Origin: an uncultured Candidatus Saccharibacteria bacterium
GTDB taxonomy: Bacteria > Patescibacteriota > CALEFQ01
Length of the DNA: 64,000 nt
Assembly: GCA_965230955.1 (NCBI GenBank)
Contig: OZ246404.1
Coordinates: 685,426 to 749,425, forward strand
Direction of reading: 5' to 3'
Shown here: one piece after another, positions 1-9,379 of the stretch
Position numbering within the stretch: position 1 is the first letter of the stretch
Layout: every line of letters starts with the position of its first letter
Translations under genes and position numbers: made by a program
The notes under the pieces: generated by a model
The model's database searches: none
What the model was told of the DNA's origin: nothing
Seen by the model: only the letters and a program-made list of their open reading frames with translations

Positions 1-253
1 AGCGGTACAATTCATCCACCACCCGCTGGGAACGACGCAGATTATATAAACCGCCGAGAGCAAAAATTGCCAGCCAAACCAAAGCAATCATGACCACGAT
101 CCCGGAATATTCCCGGAAGGTGAAAAGCAACGGATCTTCTCCCGCCACATCGGTACGAAGGCGAACATAATAAGCCAAGGCCGCCGCCGCCGCGATGGCG
201 ATAAAATCTACCGGAACTTGAATGACCGCAAAAGCCAGTTCGGATTTTTTCAT
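1..253 (-). CDS. Membrane protein, 5' end only (gene runs off the window). The N-terminus MKKSELAFAVIQVPVDFIAIAAAAALAYY resembles a polyprenyl-phosphate sugar transferase, but this is uncertain.
   Basis: ATG at 251-253 on the minus strand, with an open frame to the window edge and a hydrophobic N-terminus. The track ORF 42..263 is in a different frame and is likely spurious. Confidence 0.45.
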   Translation of the reverse strand, partial: MKKSELAFAVIQVPVDFIAIAAAAALAYYVRLRTDVAGEDPLLFTFREYSGIVVMIALVWLAIFALGGLYNLRRSQRVVDELYR

Positions 254-329
254 AATTTAACAAATTCAGCCAAAAACCACGTGGTCAAAAGTTACGTGGA
301 TTTAATTTGGCTCAATCAAAATATCTAAA

Positions 330-760
330 GTACCCAAGAAGACCTGTAAGCCGAGTTCTGTTCCCGCCATAGGCGGGAGACGACCATCTATCTGGGCCGG
401 GCATTACTGCTCGGCTCAAGCTGTCGGATTCTATACCCGAAGGCACAGAGTCCACCGACATTACACCAGGTAGGGTTTGTAGCCGGCGGCTGTCACCAGC
501 CGCGGAGAGGGGTCTTACTCCCTCACTTTTCATCCTTACCCTGTGCCAAATGGCACAAGGCGGTATAGTCTCTGTTACACTTTCCCTGGGCTTCGCCGTT
601 TAAAAAGGCATATGCACTTTTCAAATGACTGCTCCCGCTGGACGTTATCCAGTACCACTTTCACCCTTAATCGGGTTTGGTGCTCGGACTTTCCTCTCCA
701 CCCAGCCCCAAAAAGGAGCGTAGTGGAGCGATCATCCGGTAATCTTGGGTAGTGAAATCA
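330..760 (-). ncRNA. rnpB: RNase P RNA (bacterial type A-like)
   Basis: The minus strand contains GAGGAAAGUCCGAGCACC (P4 5' strand; E. coli has GAGGAAAGUCCGGGCUCC). It also has AAGGGUGAAAG (P10/11 region), ACAGAGA and ACAGAACUCGGCUUACAGG (P4 3' strand; E. coli has ACAGAACCCGGCUUAUCGG). These are in the correct order and spacing. Boundaries are approximate. Confidence 0.75.
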
Positions 761-834
761 TACCTAAAATAGAGGGCGAAGTCAAGAAAAACCCCGCTAA
801 TGCAGATGCACTAGCGGGGAACAATCAATGGCGT

Positions 835-1509
835 TTATTGGGGCGGAAGCTTGATCTTCGAGCCGAAGAAAAGCTTCAGCTCTTCGGCGGGAGTACGCCC
901 TGTTTGAAGCGGTCCCCCGCACGGCTCGTAAAGAAGCTGTGCTAATTCCTCTTCCGCACCGGCTTTCTTTTGAACGATTTTCCAATCGTTCATTGCCCTT
1001 TCTGTCGCTACCTTTTTACAAGGAGGCTGCATAAGGGCAATTTGCTCCAGATTGGAATAAACGAATTCGCACTCGTAACAATCCAATCCCAGGAAGAGCA
1101 TAGTCGATTTCCGCACTAAATCGACAAAAATTTCCTGATCTGCTGGCAACGAAGATCTGCCAAGGAAAAAAATGGCATCGGTCAGCACCGAACTCCAATG
1201 GTTGTTGTCGGGATGGTCACCCGCGTACCTCGGATCCACTGGAATATTGTGCTCCAAACTTTCTTCGACGAGATAGCGAATTCCCCGGAAATCATCCGAT
1301 GTCTCCACCATTTTTTTCGCGGCCTCCAAAGCCATGATTGGCTTGGTTTGACCGACCAAATTCTGAACATTTTCGAACATCGGATCGGTTTCTTCAAGCA
1401 TCTCCTGCTCAGACTCCGGAGAGTCCGGCATGACGGAGAGCCGATCTTCGGCAGACGCAAAACCCACAAAACAAGCACTCATCAAAATGACCCAAATATA
1501 GAACCGCAT
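835..1509 (-). CDS. Hypothetical secreted protein. The signal peptide is MRFYIWVILMSACFVGFASA.
   Basis: Long ORF. I placed the start at the internal Met, which gives a signal peptide. A sigma70-like promoter lies just upstream. Confidence 0.6.
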   Translation of the reverse strand: MRFYIWVILMSACFVGFASAEDRLSVMPDSPESEQEMLEETDPMFENVQNLVGQTKPIMALEAAKKMVETSDDFRGIRYLVEESLEHNIPVDPRYAGDHPDNNHWSSVLTDAIFFLGRSSLPADQEIFVDLVRKSTMLFLGLDCYECEFVYSNLEQIALMQPPCKKVATERAMNDWKIVQKKAGAEEELAQLLYEPCGGPLQTGRTPAEELKLFFGSKIKLPPQ

Positions 1510-1565
1510 ATAGATCCTCCTTCTTTTTTGATCGCGGTTATTGGATACGCCAATTGAATAAAAAC

Positions 1566-1594
1566 AGTCTACCATATATGCATAATTTTGTCAA
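1566..1594 (-). promoter_or_regulatory. Sigma70-like promoter (TTGACA, 17 nt, TAGACT) for the 835..1509 gene
   Basis: The minus strand reads TTGACAaaattatgcatatatggTAGACT. Confidence 0.5.
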
Positions 1595-1595
1595 T

Positions 1596-1626
1596 AGAAA
1601 AAGGCCCCTAAAATAAGGCCTTTAAA
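1596..1626 (-). terminator. Intrinsic terminator after rnhA/recJ
   Basis: The minus strand reads aaaggccttattttaggggccttttt. A short 4-5-bp stem is followed by a T-run. Confidence 0.5.
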
Positions 1627-1720
1627 CATGGGAAAATCGCTTTGTCCGTCACATCGGGCGTCTGTACTTGTTGTGTTTTAGAGTGGTTTTAAACCGCATA
1701 TTCCTGTTCGCCATTCCGGT

Positions 1721-2134
1721 TTAATTTTTACCTGTTGCCTGATCGATCGCTTCATTCACCAACTTATCCGCTTCTTTGTTTTTTTCGCGAGGAATATGAT
1801 GAAAAGCTATTGAATTGAATTTATTGGTCAGGGCCAACGATTTCGCGAACAAAGGCTTGAGATCCGCATTTTTCACCCGGTACTCTCCCCGCATTTGCTT
1901 CACGATCAATTCACTGTCCATAAAGACCTTCAAATCTTCAACTTGTTCCGTTCTTGCCAGTTCCAATCCAGCAATCAATGCCTGATATTCCGCCTGATTA
2001 TTCGTCGCGGTCCCAATAGTTTTTTTGACTTTTGACTTTTGACCTTTGACTTTCAAAACAACCCCGATCCCCGCCGGTCCGGGATTGCCCCGGGCTCCTC
2101 CATCGGTATATAGTTCCGCATTATTCTTTAACAT
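1721..2134 (-). CDS. rnhA: Ribonuclease HI
   Basis: YTDGGARGNPGPAGIGVV and the catalytic core are conserved. The protein carries an in-frame KVKGQKSKVKK insert encoded by a GTCAAAR heptad array. Confidence 0.85.
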   Translation of the reverse strand: MLKNNAELYTDGGARGNPGPAGIGVVLKVKGQKSKVKKTIGTATNNQAEYQALIAGLELARTEQVEDLKVFMDSELIVKQMRGEYRVKNADLKPLFAKSLALTNKFNSIAFHHIPREKNKEADKLVNEAIDQATGKN

Positions 2135-3842
2135 TGGTGCGTATATCTAAAATATTTAATTGAAGCTCTCTATTCCCATTCCATTCGTTGGCCTCAAGCT
2201 CGTAGGCCACATCGACAGTGTCCTGGAAATTGATCCGATTCACCATTTCCCCGAAACCGAAAGCAATGGCCGGAATAACATTGGCCGGAGCTTCCGCCGA
2301 GCGCAAATCAAGTTTGAGATGTTTTCCCTGCTTACCCACCGCTCTCACGCCGGCCACCAATAATTGCTTGGTGGCAAAACGAGGCTTTTCATTGGCGAAA
2401 CCATGCGGCTCAAAAACCTTCAAGGCATCGTGCAATTCCCAATTAATCTGATCCGGCCGCAAAACGGAATCGATCGCCAGCTCACTGCGCAAATCATCGG
2501 GGGCTAATTTTTTCTTGGCCACCGCCTTGAGCCGGCGGGCGAAACTATCAAGATTCTTGTTCGGTACCGTACAACCGGCGGCCTGAGAATGGCCGCCATG
2601 TTTTTCCAGCAAATCATCACACATTCGTATCGCTTCGATAATATTAAATTTGGCGGTACTGCGCGCCGAGCCGACACTGAAAGTCGCCTTTTTTTCCAAA
2701 ATTAACACCGGCCGGGCGTGGCGTTCGCACAGCTTGCCGGCAACCAAACCAACCACACCGGAAGGCCAGTTTTCGCTATAAGCCACCAGGAGGGATTTCT
2801 CATCGGTCACATCCCCGATCTGCGTTTCCGCCTCTTTCATGAATTTATCGGTAATCACTTGGCGCTGGCGATTGATCAAATCCAATTCCTGGGCCAAGGC
2901 CAAAGCTTTTTCCCCGGAATCGGCCATCAGCAAATCAAAAGCTATTTGGGAATGCTTGAGACGGCCGGCGGCATTCAGCCGCGGACCGATACGAAAACCG
3001 ATATCATAAGTGTCCAAATCCTGAAGATCAACTTGCGATTTTTCCATGAGCGAACGTAACCCGGTCCGTTTGGTTCGCGCCAGCACTTGCAAACCGTATT
3101 TCACCAAGGTGCGGTTTTCCCCGATAATCGGCGCGCAATCGGCCACGGTGCCCACCGCCACCAAATCAAGATACCATTTTTCCGACTGGGCTAATTTTTG
3201 TCCGGCCGGCAATTTGGTCTTGAGCGCTTGAATCATTTTAAAAGCCACACCGACACCGGCTAATTGTTTGAAAGGATATTTGTCGTCTTGGCGCGAAGGA
3301 TTGATGACCGCATCCGCCGCGGGAATTTTATCCGGCACGGTATGATGATCGGTGATTACCACGTCCATTCCCAGTTTTTTGGCCAGGGCCACCTCGGTAA
3401 TATTGGTAATTCCGCAATCCACGCTGACGATCAAATTAACGCCATCCGCCTTAAACTTTTTGATAGCTTCTTGATTGATACCGTAGCCCCCTTCTTGCCG
3501 GGACGGAAGAAACACACCTACATCCGCTTTGAGTCCTTTGAGGACATCAAACAAAAGAACGGCGCCACTGACGCCATCGGCATCATAATCGCCGTGGATT
3601 AATATTTTTTCCTTTTTGGCCAGTGCTTTTAAAATTCGCGCCACTCCCCGATCCATATCTTTCATCAGAAAAGGGTCGTGCAAATCCTGTTCGTAATCCG
3701 GATTGACAAATTCATCCACCAGGGCCTGCGTTTTGATTCCACGATTAAAAAGCAACTGCGCCACAATTGAAGAATACTCTGGAAATTTCTTCAGAAATTC
3801 CCGCGGGACAGCCGGAGCGATTTTCCAATCTTGATTTAACAT
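2121..3842 (-). CDS. recJ: Single-stranded-DNA-specific exonuclease RecJ
   Basis: DHH motif HGDYDADGVSG and a DHHA1 domain, about 570 aa. Confidence 0.85.
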   Translation of the reverse strand: MLNQDWKIAPAVPREFLKKFPEYSSIVAQLLFNRGIKTQALVDEFVNPDYEQDLHDPFLMKDMDRGVARILKALAKKEKILIHGDYDADGVSGAVLLFDVLKGLKADVGVFLPSRQEGGYGINQEAIKKFKADGVNLIVSVDCGITNITEVALAKKLGMDVVITDHHTVPDKIPAADAVINPSRQDDKYPFKQLAGVGVAFKMIQALKTKLPAGQKLAQSEKWYLDLVAVGTVADCAPIIGENRTLVKYGLQVLARTKRTGLRSLMEKSQVDLQDLDTYDIGFRIGPRLNAAGRLKHSQIAFDLLMADSGEKALALAQELDLINRQRQVITDKFMKEAETQIGDVTDEKSLLVAYSENWPSGVVGLVAGKLCERHARPVLILEKKATFSVGSARSTAKFNIIEAIRMCDDLLEKHGGHSQAAGCTVPNKNLDSFARRLKAVAKKKLAPDDLRSELAIDSVLRPDQINWELHDALKVFEPHGFANEKPRFATKQLLVAGVRAVGKQGKHLKLDLRSAEAPANVIPAIAFGFGEMVNRINFQDTVDVAYELEANEWNGNRELQLNILDIRTNVKE

Positions 3843-3982
3843 AAAAATCCCTAGACGGGGGTTTGTGGATTAGCTTCTAACATTGTAACGCAAAAATCCC
3901 AATAAAACAAGGCTATACTCCTCGCCAACAAAGCACTCTGAAAACAAAAAGACAACCTCAATCATGGTGTCTTTTTGATTGA

Positions 3983-4052
3983 AATTCAAAATGCATAATT
4001 CATAATGCAAAACTACTAATCCAGATTATGCATTTTGAATTTTGAATTATCA
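3983..4052. repeat. Inverted repeat ttcaaaatgcataat / attatgcattttgaa (family E, TGCATTTTGAATT)
   Basis: Perfect 15-bp arms with a 26-nt spacer. A related motif occurs at 22017-22050. Confidence 0.6.
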
Positions 4053-4053
4053 A

Positions 4054-4851
4054 TTATTTCGGCACTTCTATGTCCGGCACGTATTTTTTGTATATCCTTT
4101 GCAAAGTACCGTCGTGCTTTATTTCATCAAAAGCATCTTGCCAATCAGCCGCTATTTTTGGGTCAGTCCCTTTTGATACAGCAATGTAAAACTCGGTTTC
4201 CAATATTTGATACAGAGACTTGATCTCGTCCGGTGAATAGCCGGCATCTTGGACTAAATTACTCACGGTCATGTCGGTAAAAACCGATAAATCTGCTTTC
4301 CTGTCGATTAATTGACGCACATCTTCCTGGGGATCGGTGAAACTTTGTAAATTAGTAAAACCCTGATCTCTGAGATATTGCTCGGTAAACCAAGAAGAAC
4401 AAGTCGCGATCTTGGGCACTTTTTTGGCCTGCGCCAAATCACCGATTTTTAGATCCGAATCGCGGTGAACGTAAAAATATGTTCGATTACGGCCCAGTGG
4501 GCCGACCCAATTAAACAAAGTCTCGCGCTCAGCCGTCCGCTCCGTGCTGAAAAGAATCGTATTGGGATTTGTTTTCGCTTGCGCGTAGGCCTCATCCCAG
4601 GGCAAAAGCGCCAGATCGTAATTACGCACCTCGAGTCGCTTCATGATCTCGGTCACTATCTCCGTCGCCAGGCCGGAAATCCGACCATCTTTTTCGCGAT
4701 AAGTGATCGGGGGATACTCTTCGGTCAGCAGTGTCAATTTAACTTCGCTCACGGGCCGTGTTTTTACGGCAGCAAAATATATCCCCAAGCAACCGGCGAC
4801 GATCACCATCAGCACCATGGCGATAATAAATTTCTTCATTTTGGTTAGCAT
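4054..4851 (-). CDS. Family-3 solute-binding protein (amino-acid ABC transporter or sensor type) with an N-terminal TM/signal segment
   Basis: N-terminal hydrophobic segment. The architecture is that of a periplasmic binding protein (SBP_bac_3-like). Confidence 0.6.
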   Translation of the reverse strand: MLTKMKKFIIAMVLMVIVAGCLGIYFAAVKTRPVSEVKLTLLTEEYPPITYREKDGRISGLATEIVTEIMKRLEVRNYDLALLPWDEAYAQAKTNPNTILFSTERTAERETLFNWVGPLGRNRTYFYVHRDSDLKIGDLAQAKKVPKIATCSSWFTEQYLRDQGFTNLQSFTDPQEDVRQLIDRKADLSVFTDMTVSNLVQDAGYSPDEIKSLYQILETEFYIAVSKGTDPKIAADWQDAFDEIKHDGTLQRIYKKYVPDIEVPK

Positions 4852-4902
4852 TTCCTCCGATTAATAACAAGCGGGGCGGCAAAACTTACACCCCGACAAA
4901 AA

Positions 4903-5799
4903 TTATAATTTTTGCAAACTCTCCAATCTCAACCACTGCTCACCAATCTCTCGCTTCAACCGCTCCATCCCCTCTTTATCTTTAAATAACTTTGCGAAAC
5001 GCTTTTGCGGCTTCATAAATTCTTCCAGCTCTTTCGGCTTTTCTACCGGCACCGTAATTTTATAACGCCCATTTTCAACTTCGTACATCGGCCAGTAGCG
5101 AGATTCGACTGCCAACTTAGATAACTCAATCGCCATATCCGTCTCGATTTTCCAGCCAGGAATACACGGAGAAAAAACATTCAAAAACTTCGGTCCGGGA
5201 ATGGAAAAAGCCTTGTGCGCTTTTTGGTATAAATCATTCCACGGCCACAAGGCCGTCTGGGCCGCGTAGGGCAAATCATGCGCGGCGATAATTCTGGTCA
5301 GATCTTTTCTTTTTCCCGACTGTCCCGCCGGAGTTGTCGTCGTTGAAGCGCCGAACGGAGTCGCGCCGGACTTCTGGGCGCCGGTATTCATATAGGCCTG
5401 ATTATCGTAGCAAACATAGAGAAAATCATGGCCGCGCTCAATGGCGGCCGAAAGAAACTGCAAACCGGCGTCATAAGTCGCTCCGTCGCCGGCAAAAACC
5501 ACAAATTTGATCGGCCGATCAATTCGTCCGCGTTTTCTCATGACTTTATAAGCCGCCTCTATTCCGCTGATCGTAGCCGCGGGATTTTCCAAAAGCGAAT
5601 GAACAAAAGGCACCCGCCAAGAAGTCTGCGGGAAAACAGAGGTGGTCACTTCCAAGCACCCGGTTGCCACCGCCACCACGACCGGATCGTCGGTCGCCCG
5701 TAAAACATGCCGAACGATCGTCGTGATCGGACAGCCGGCGCAGGTGCGATAGCCGGGCGCAAGAGTAGGGCGTTTAGTTGTGAGTGAAGCGAGGCGCAT
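4903..5799 (-). CDS. porB: Pyruvate:ferredoxin oxidoreductase beta subunit (TPP-binding)
   Basis: GDGATYDAG TPP motif, and its position in a porGDAB gene order. Confidence 0.85.
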   Translation of the reverse strand: MRLASLTTKRPTLAPGYRTCAGCPITTIVRHVLRATDDPVVVAVATGCLEVTTSVFPQTSWRVPFVHSLLENPAATISGIEAAYKVMRKRGRIDRPIKFVVFAGDGATYDAGLQFLSAAIERGHDFLYVCYDNQAYMNTGAQKSGATPFGASTTTTPAGQSGKRKDLTRIIAAHDLPYAAQTALWPWNDLYQKAHKAFSIPGPKFLNVFSPCIPGWKIETDMAIELSKLAVESRYWPMYEVENGRYKITVPVEKPKELEEFMKPQKRFAKLFKDKEGMERLKREIGEQWLRLESLQKL

Positions 5800-5920
5800 G
5801 AGACGAAATTTAAAGCTAAAAATTTAAAAGAAATTTAAAGATTAAAAACGAAAACCGCGATTTTAATTTTCGGCTTTAAATTTATTTCAAACTTTGATTT
5901 TTTAATTTTAAATCTTGATA
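5800..5920. repeat. AT-rich tandem approx. 12-mer repeats (aaatttaaag-type) in the porA-porB spacer
   Basis: Sequence aaatttaaagctaaaaatttaaaagaaatttaaagattaaaaacg. Confidence 0.5.
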
Positions 5921-7054
5921 TCATATCGATTTAACAATCTCTTCAACGGTAACATCCTTTCCCCCCAATCCATATATCCGACTGATCACTTCCGGCGCCG
6001 GTTCCAGCCCATAGAGCGCGTTCCGGATTTCACCGACCAGCGGAGCTTGCGCGCCGTAAGACATCGAGCGGTCATAAACAATCACGCGGCGCACTCCCGC
6101 CAGAGCGCGGCGGATTTCATTATAAGGAAAAGGACGAAAAAGTATCGGCTTCAGCAAACCGACTTTCCGCCCGTCGCGGCGCAAGACCTCAACCGCTTCT
6201 TTGGCCGTACCGGCGGTGGAATTAAGAAAAACCAAAGCCGTGTCAGTATCACCGAATTCTTCGACCGCCTCGTCCTCATACAACTCAAACAGCGGATAAG
6301 CTCGCCCGGTCAGAGATGAAAGCTGTTCGCCCAACTCAATATATTTTGCCTTGACGCTTTCCAAAGTCTCGTGCTGATTTATCCGAAAATCCATGTACTG
6401 CTCCGGCAGAACCAGCGGCCCCCAGGTGGAAGGATGATCGACATCCAAAGCGCTTTTCTCGATGGAACGCCCGCCGACAAATTCCGCCGCCGATTGATCA
6501 TTCAGAATCTCCAGGTTTTCCAGAGAATGAGTCGTGACAAAGCCATCCAACAGGACCATCGCCGGCAACTGGATATCTTTGTCCTCGGCAATCTTCGTCG
6601 CCAACAACATGTGTTCATAAACCTCCTGAACATTTTCACAAGCGATTTGTATCCAGCCCAGATCGCGAGTGCCCATGCTATCCGAATGGTCGCAGTGAAT
6701 ATTAAGCGGGCTGGAAATCGCCCGGTTGCCGACAGCCATCACAATCGGCAAACGTAAACCGGCGGCGACACCCAAAACTTCCCACATCAGCGCGATCCCT
6801 TGCGAGGCCGAAGCCGTGATCACGCGAGCGCCGGCGATCGAAGCCCCGACGGCGATACTCATAACCGCATGTTCCGATTCGGCCCGGACCACTTCTCCGT
6901 CGAGCCGACCTTGCGCCGCCATGTCAGCGACCGTTTCAATGATTTGAGTTTGCGGAGTAATCGGATATACCGGAATCACGTCAACTTGCAATTGGCGTAT
7001 CGCTTCGGCCACCGCTTGCGAGCCGGTTAATAATGTTTTATTTACTGTCTTCAT
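5921..7054 (-). CDS. porA: Pyruvate:ferredoxin oxidoreductase alpha subunit
   Basis: Conserved POR/KOR alpha N-terminal domain with the transketolase-like fold. Confidence 0.85.
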   Translation of the reverse strand: MKTVNKTLLTGSQAVAEAIRQLQVDVIPVYPITPQTQIIETVADMAAQGRLDGEVVRAESEHAVMSIAVGASIAGARVITASASQGIALMWEVLGVAAGLRLPIVMAVGNRAISSPLNIHCDHSDSMGTRDLGWIQIACENVQEVYEHMLLATKIAEDKDIQLPAMVLLDGFVTTHSLENLEILNDQSAAEFVGGRSIEKSALDVDHPSTWGPLVLPEQYMDFRINQHETLESVKAKYIELGEQLSSLTGRAYPLFELYEDEAVEEFGDTDTALVFLNSTAGTAKEAVEVLRRDGRKVGLLKPILFRPFPYNEIRRALAGVRRVIVYDRSMSYGAQAPLVGEIRNALYGLEPAPEVISRIYGLGGKDVTVEEIVKSI

Positions 7055-7304
7055 CGATCATTTCTATGGCTTTGCGCGGCGCCGGACAAACTTGGGCGCA
7101 AACTCCGCAGCCTTTACAATAAGTTAAATCCAAGCCGGAAATTTTACCGTCTTCGGCTTGCCAGCACTGATCCGGACAAAAGTTAACACAAGACAAACAA
7201 TTGATGCAATTTTGCTTCAAATGTTCGGGTTTTTTACCCGTCCGCCAAGAACCGGTTTGGTAATTGATAGACGAGCCGGGTTGGTCGATACGCGAAGAGG
7301 ACAT
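7038..7304 (-). CDS. porD: Pyruvate:ferredoxin oxidoreductase delta subunit (2x[4Fe-4S] ferredoxin)
   Basis: CINCLSCVNFCP and CKGCGVCAQVCP motifs. Confidence 0.85.
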   Translation of the reverse strand: MSSSRIDQPGSSINYQTGSWRTGKKPEHLKQNCINCLSCVNFCPDQCWQAEDGKISGLDLTYCKGCGVCAQVCPAPRKAIEMIDEDSK

Positions 7305-7307
7305 AAA

Positions 7308-7388
7308 TCAGGTAACAAGTATCAAGTAATAGGTAACAAAAAGGAAATTATTCCAATTTGATACTTGTCACCTGTTACTTGTTAATTT
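7308..7388. repeat. Palindromic heptad-repeat element, family C (GGTAACA/TGTTACT)
   Basis: Sequence ggtaacaagtatcaagtaataggtaacaaaaaggaaattattccaatttgatacttgtcacctgttacttgtt. It is near-identical to the copy at 43741-43832. Confidence 0.7.
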
Positions 7389-7963
7389 TAATATTTTATC
7401 TGCTCGACAGCTTTCTCCATTAACTTCACATTCAGCTGGCCCATTTCCGCATTATATTTCTTGGTGAAAAAATCGCCGACCACTTTTTTCAGCACCGTGG
7501 CATCAATAAAATTAATGGCTCGAACGGCGGCGGCCAAGACCGCCATATTGGGCAAATTTTTTCCCAAAGCGGCTCGGGCGATGGGCGAAGCGTCGATAGT
7601 CGCCGCTCGGCCTCGGAATCCCAATAAAGTTTTTATTTCACCGGCCGAACGATTATCATTCACCACCAACCAGCCGTTATCATTTAAACCGGCGACCACG
7701 TTTTCGGATTTGAGCAGCGAAGCATCGATGACCATTACCGTCTGCGGACGATAAACCAGACTGTGAATTTTGATGGGCGCCGATGAAATTCGCACAAAGG
7801 TTTGCATCGGGGCACCGGTCCGCTCCGGACCATAGGAAGGAAAAGCCTGGACAAACCGGCCACACCTAAATGCCGTCTCAGCGATCATCTGAGCGGTAGT
7901 TTCCGCGCCTTGTCCGGCGCGCGCGTGGATTCTAAGTTCGTATAGAAATGCCATCTGGGTCAA
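7388..7963 (-). CDS. porG: Pyruvate:ferredoxin oxidoreductase gamma subunit
   Basis: POR gamma (CoA-binding) domain, first gene of the por cluster. Confidence 0.8.
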   Translation of the reverse strand: MTQMAFLYELRIHARAGQGAETTAQMIAETAFRCGRFVQAFPSYGPERTGAPMQTFVRISSAPIKIHSLVYRPQTVMVIDASLLKSENVVAGLNDNGWLVVNDNRSAGEIKTLLGFRGRAATIDASPIARAALGKNLPNMAVLAAAVRAINFIDATVLKKVVGDFFTKKYNAEMGQLNVKLMEKAVEQIKY

Positions 7964-8022
7964 AAGTCAAAGGTCAAAAGTAAAAAGTTAATGATTGTAC
8001 TTTTGATTTTTGACTTTTTACC
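7957..8022. repeat. Palindromic heptad-repeat element, family A (GTCAAAR)
   Basis: Sequence gtcaaaagtcaaaggtcaaaagtaaaaagt ... actttttgatttttgactttttac. Confidence 0.7.
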
Positions 8023-8326
8023 TGGCTAAAGGGTCATGCCCTGTTTCAACTTCCTGCTGATCGGAATAACCATCGCTATCGGTATCGACCAAAAAGAGAT
8101 CGGTACCGAGCTCGACTTCCCGGCTATCCGGCAAACCGTCACGATCGGAATCAATCTCGGCCACTTCAGTCGAAGTCGGAACGGGTGTCGTTTCCGAAAC
8201 CGGTTGGCTAATCGCCGTCCCACTGTCGGTATTAGTCACATCTCCGCAGGAAAAACCCAAACCGGCAAAGCCCAAAATACAAACGCTCAGAGCCAAAGGA
8301 ATAAAAATTTTTGTAAAAACATTCAT
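8018..8326 (-). CDS. Small secreted or lipoprotein-like protein with two DxDxDG calcium-binding (thrombospondin type-3-like) repeats
   Basis: Signal peptide with an LGFSC lipobox-like motif. Repeats DSDRDGLPDSRE and DTDSDGYSDQQE. Confidence 0.55.
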   Translation of the reverse strand: MNVFTKIFIPLALSVCILGFAGLGFSCGDVTNTDSGTAISQPVSETTPVPTSTEVAEIDSDRDGLPDSREVELGTDLFLVDTDSDGYSDQQEVETGHDPLAR

Positions 8327-9379
8327 CTATCTTTCCGCCAGTTTAAGAGTCTCGCGCGCGATCAAAACCTCTTCTTTTGGAGCAAAATGCAGAACTTTTA
8401 TTCCTCGCGCCAGCGCCAGATCTTTCAGTACCAGCTGGCGAATATATTCGCTTCCCTCCCCGATCGCGCCGGTAAAAACCAAGGCATCAACTCGATTGAG
8501 CACTGCGAAATAAGCTCCCAAATATTTTTTCAGGCGGTAGGCGTAAAAATCCAGCGCCGCCAATGCTTTTGCCTCGCCCGACTTCGCCGCTTCCTCTATT
8601 TTCAGCATGCCGTCCTTGATTCCTGATAGCGCCGTCATGCCCGATTCTCGATTGAGCAACTGATAAACTTGTTCGGCGCTCATCTTCGCCTGTTTCTGCA
8701 AATAGAGAGGAATTGCCGGATCGATGTCGCCACACCTAGTCATCATGACCAATCCCTCCATGGGTGTGAATCCCATGCTGGTATCAATCGGCTGACCGGC
8801 CTTGATCGCCGCGACGGAGGCTCCGCCGCCGAGGTGAATCGTAATCAAATTAAGTTTATTCAGGTCTTGCTCCAATTCTTGGGCGGCTTGCTGCGCCACC
8901 GATTGGTGAGAAATCCCGTGAAAACCGAAACGGCGCAGGTGATATTTTTCTTCCAAATCAGCCGGCAAGGCATAATGCCGAGCCACGGCGGGCAAATTCG
9001 CGAACCAGCCTGTATCAAAGACGGCAACATTGGGAATATTTTGGCCCAAATTTTTCAAACTCGCCCGGAGACAAGCCAGGCCGGGAGGATTATGCAACGG
9101 CGCCAAATCATTATAGCGCTCCAGACGCCGGATGATAATCTCATTGGCGATCAGCGGGTCGAAAAATTCCTCACCGCCATGAACAATCCGGTGCCCGATC
9201 GCCATCAAATCAGCCTCGCCGTTTAAATCATCCAACATCATTTGGAACGCCATGTCATGATTTTTCACCAAGGTACCAATTTCTCGGATAGTACCGGCGC
9301 TTTTTTGATTCAACTCTCTATCAAATAAAATATACTTCAGCGAAGTTGATCCGGCATTGATGACTAAGATATTGTTCAT
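8327..9379 (-). CDS. ackA: Acetate/propionate-family kinase (acetate kinase-like)
   Basis: N-terminus MNNILVINAGSTSLKY. It is shorter than the usual 400 aa, so it could also be a butyrate-kinase type. Confidence 0.75.
   Translation of the reverse strand: MNNILVINAGSTSLKYILFDRELNQKSAGTIREIGTLVKNHDMAFQMMLDDLNGEADLMAIGHRIVHGGEEFFDPLIANEIIIRRLERYNDLAPLHNPPGLACLRASLKNLGQNIPNVAVFDTGWFANLPAVARHYALPADLEEKYHLRRFGFHGISHQSVAQQAAQELEQDLNKLNLITIHLGGGASVAAIKAGQPIDTSMGFTPMEGLVMMTRCGDIDPAIPLYLQKQAKMSAEQVYQLLNRESGMTALSGIKDGMLKIEEAAKSGEAKALAALDFYAYRLKKYLGAYFAVLNRVDALVFTGAIGEGSEYIRQLVLKDLALARGIKVLHFAPKEEVLIARETLKLAER

Noticed and set aside
42-263. Track ORF 42..263(-), 73 aa
   Set aside because: A different frame on the same strand and span (<1..253) encodes a plausible membrane-protein N-terminus. 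This ORF is Arg/Gly-rich and low-complexity, consistent with an off-frame artefact.
312-752. Track ORFs 312..533(-) and 543..752(+)
   Set aside because: They lie entirely within the RNase P RNA gene, have no homology features, and overlap each other's locus. I treat them as non-coding.
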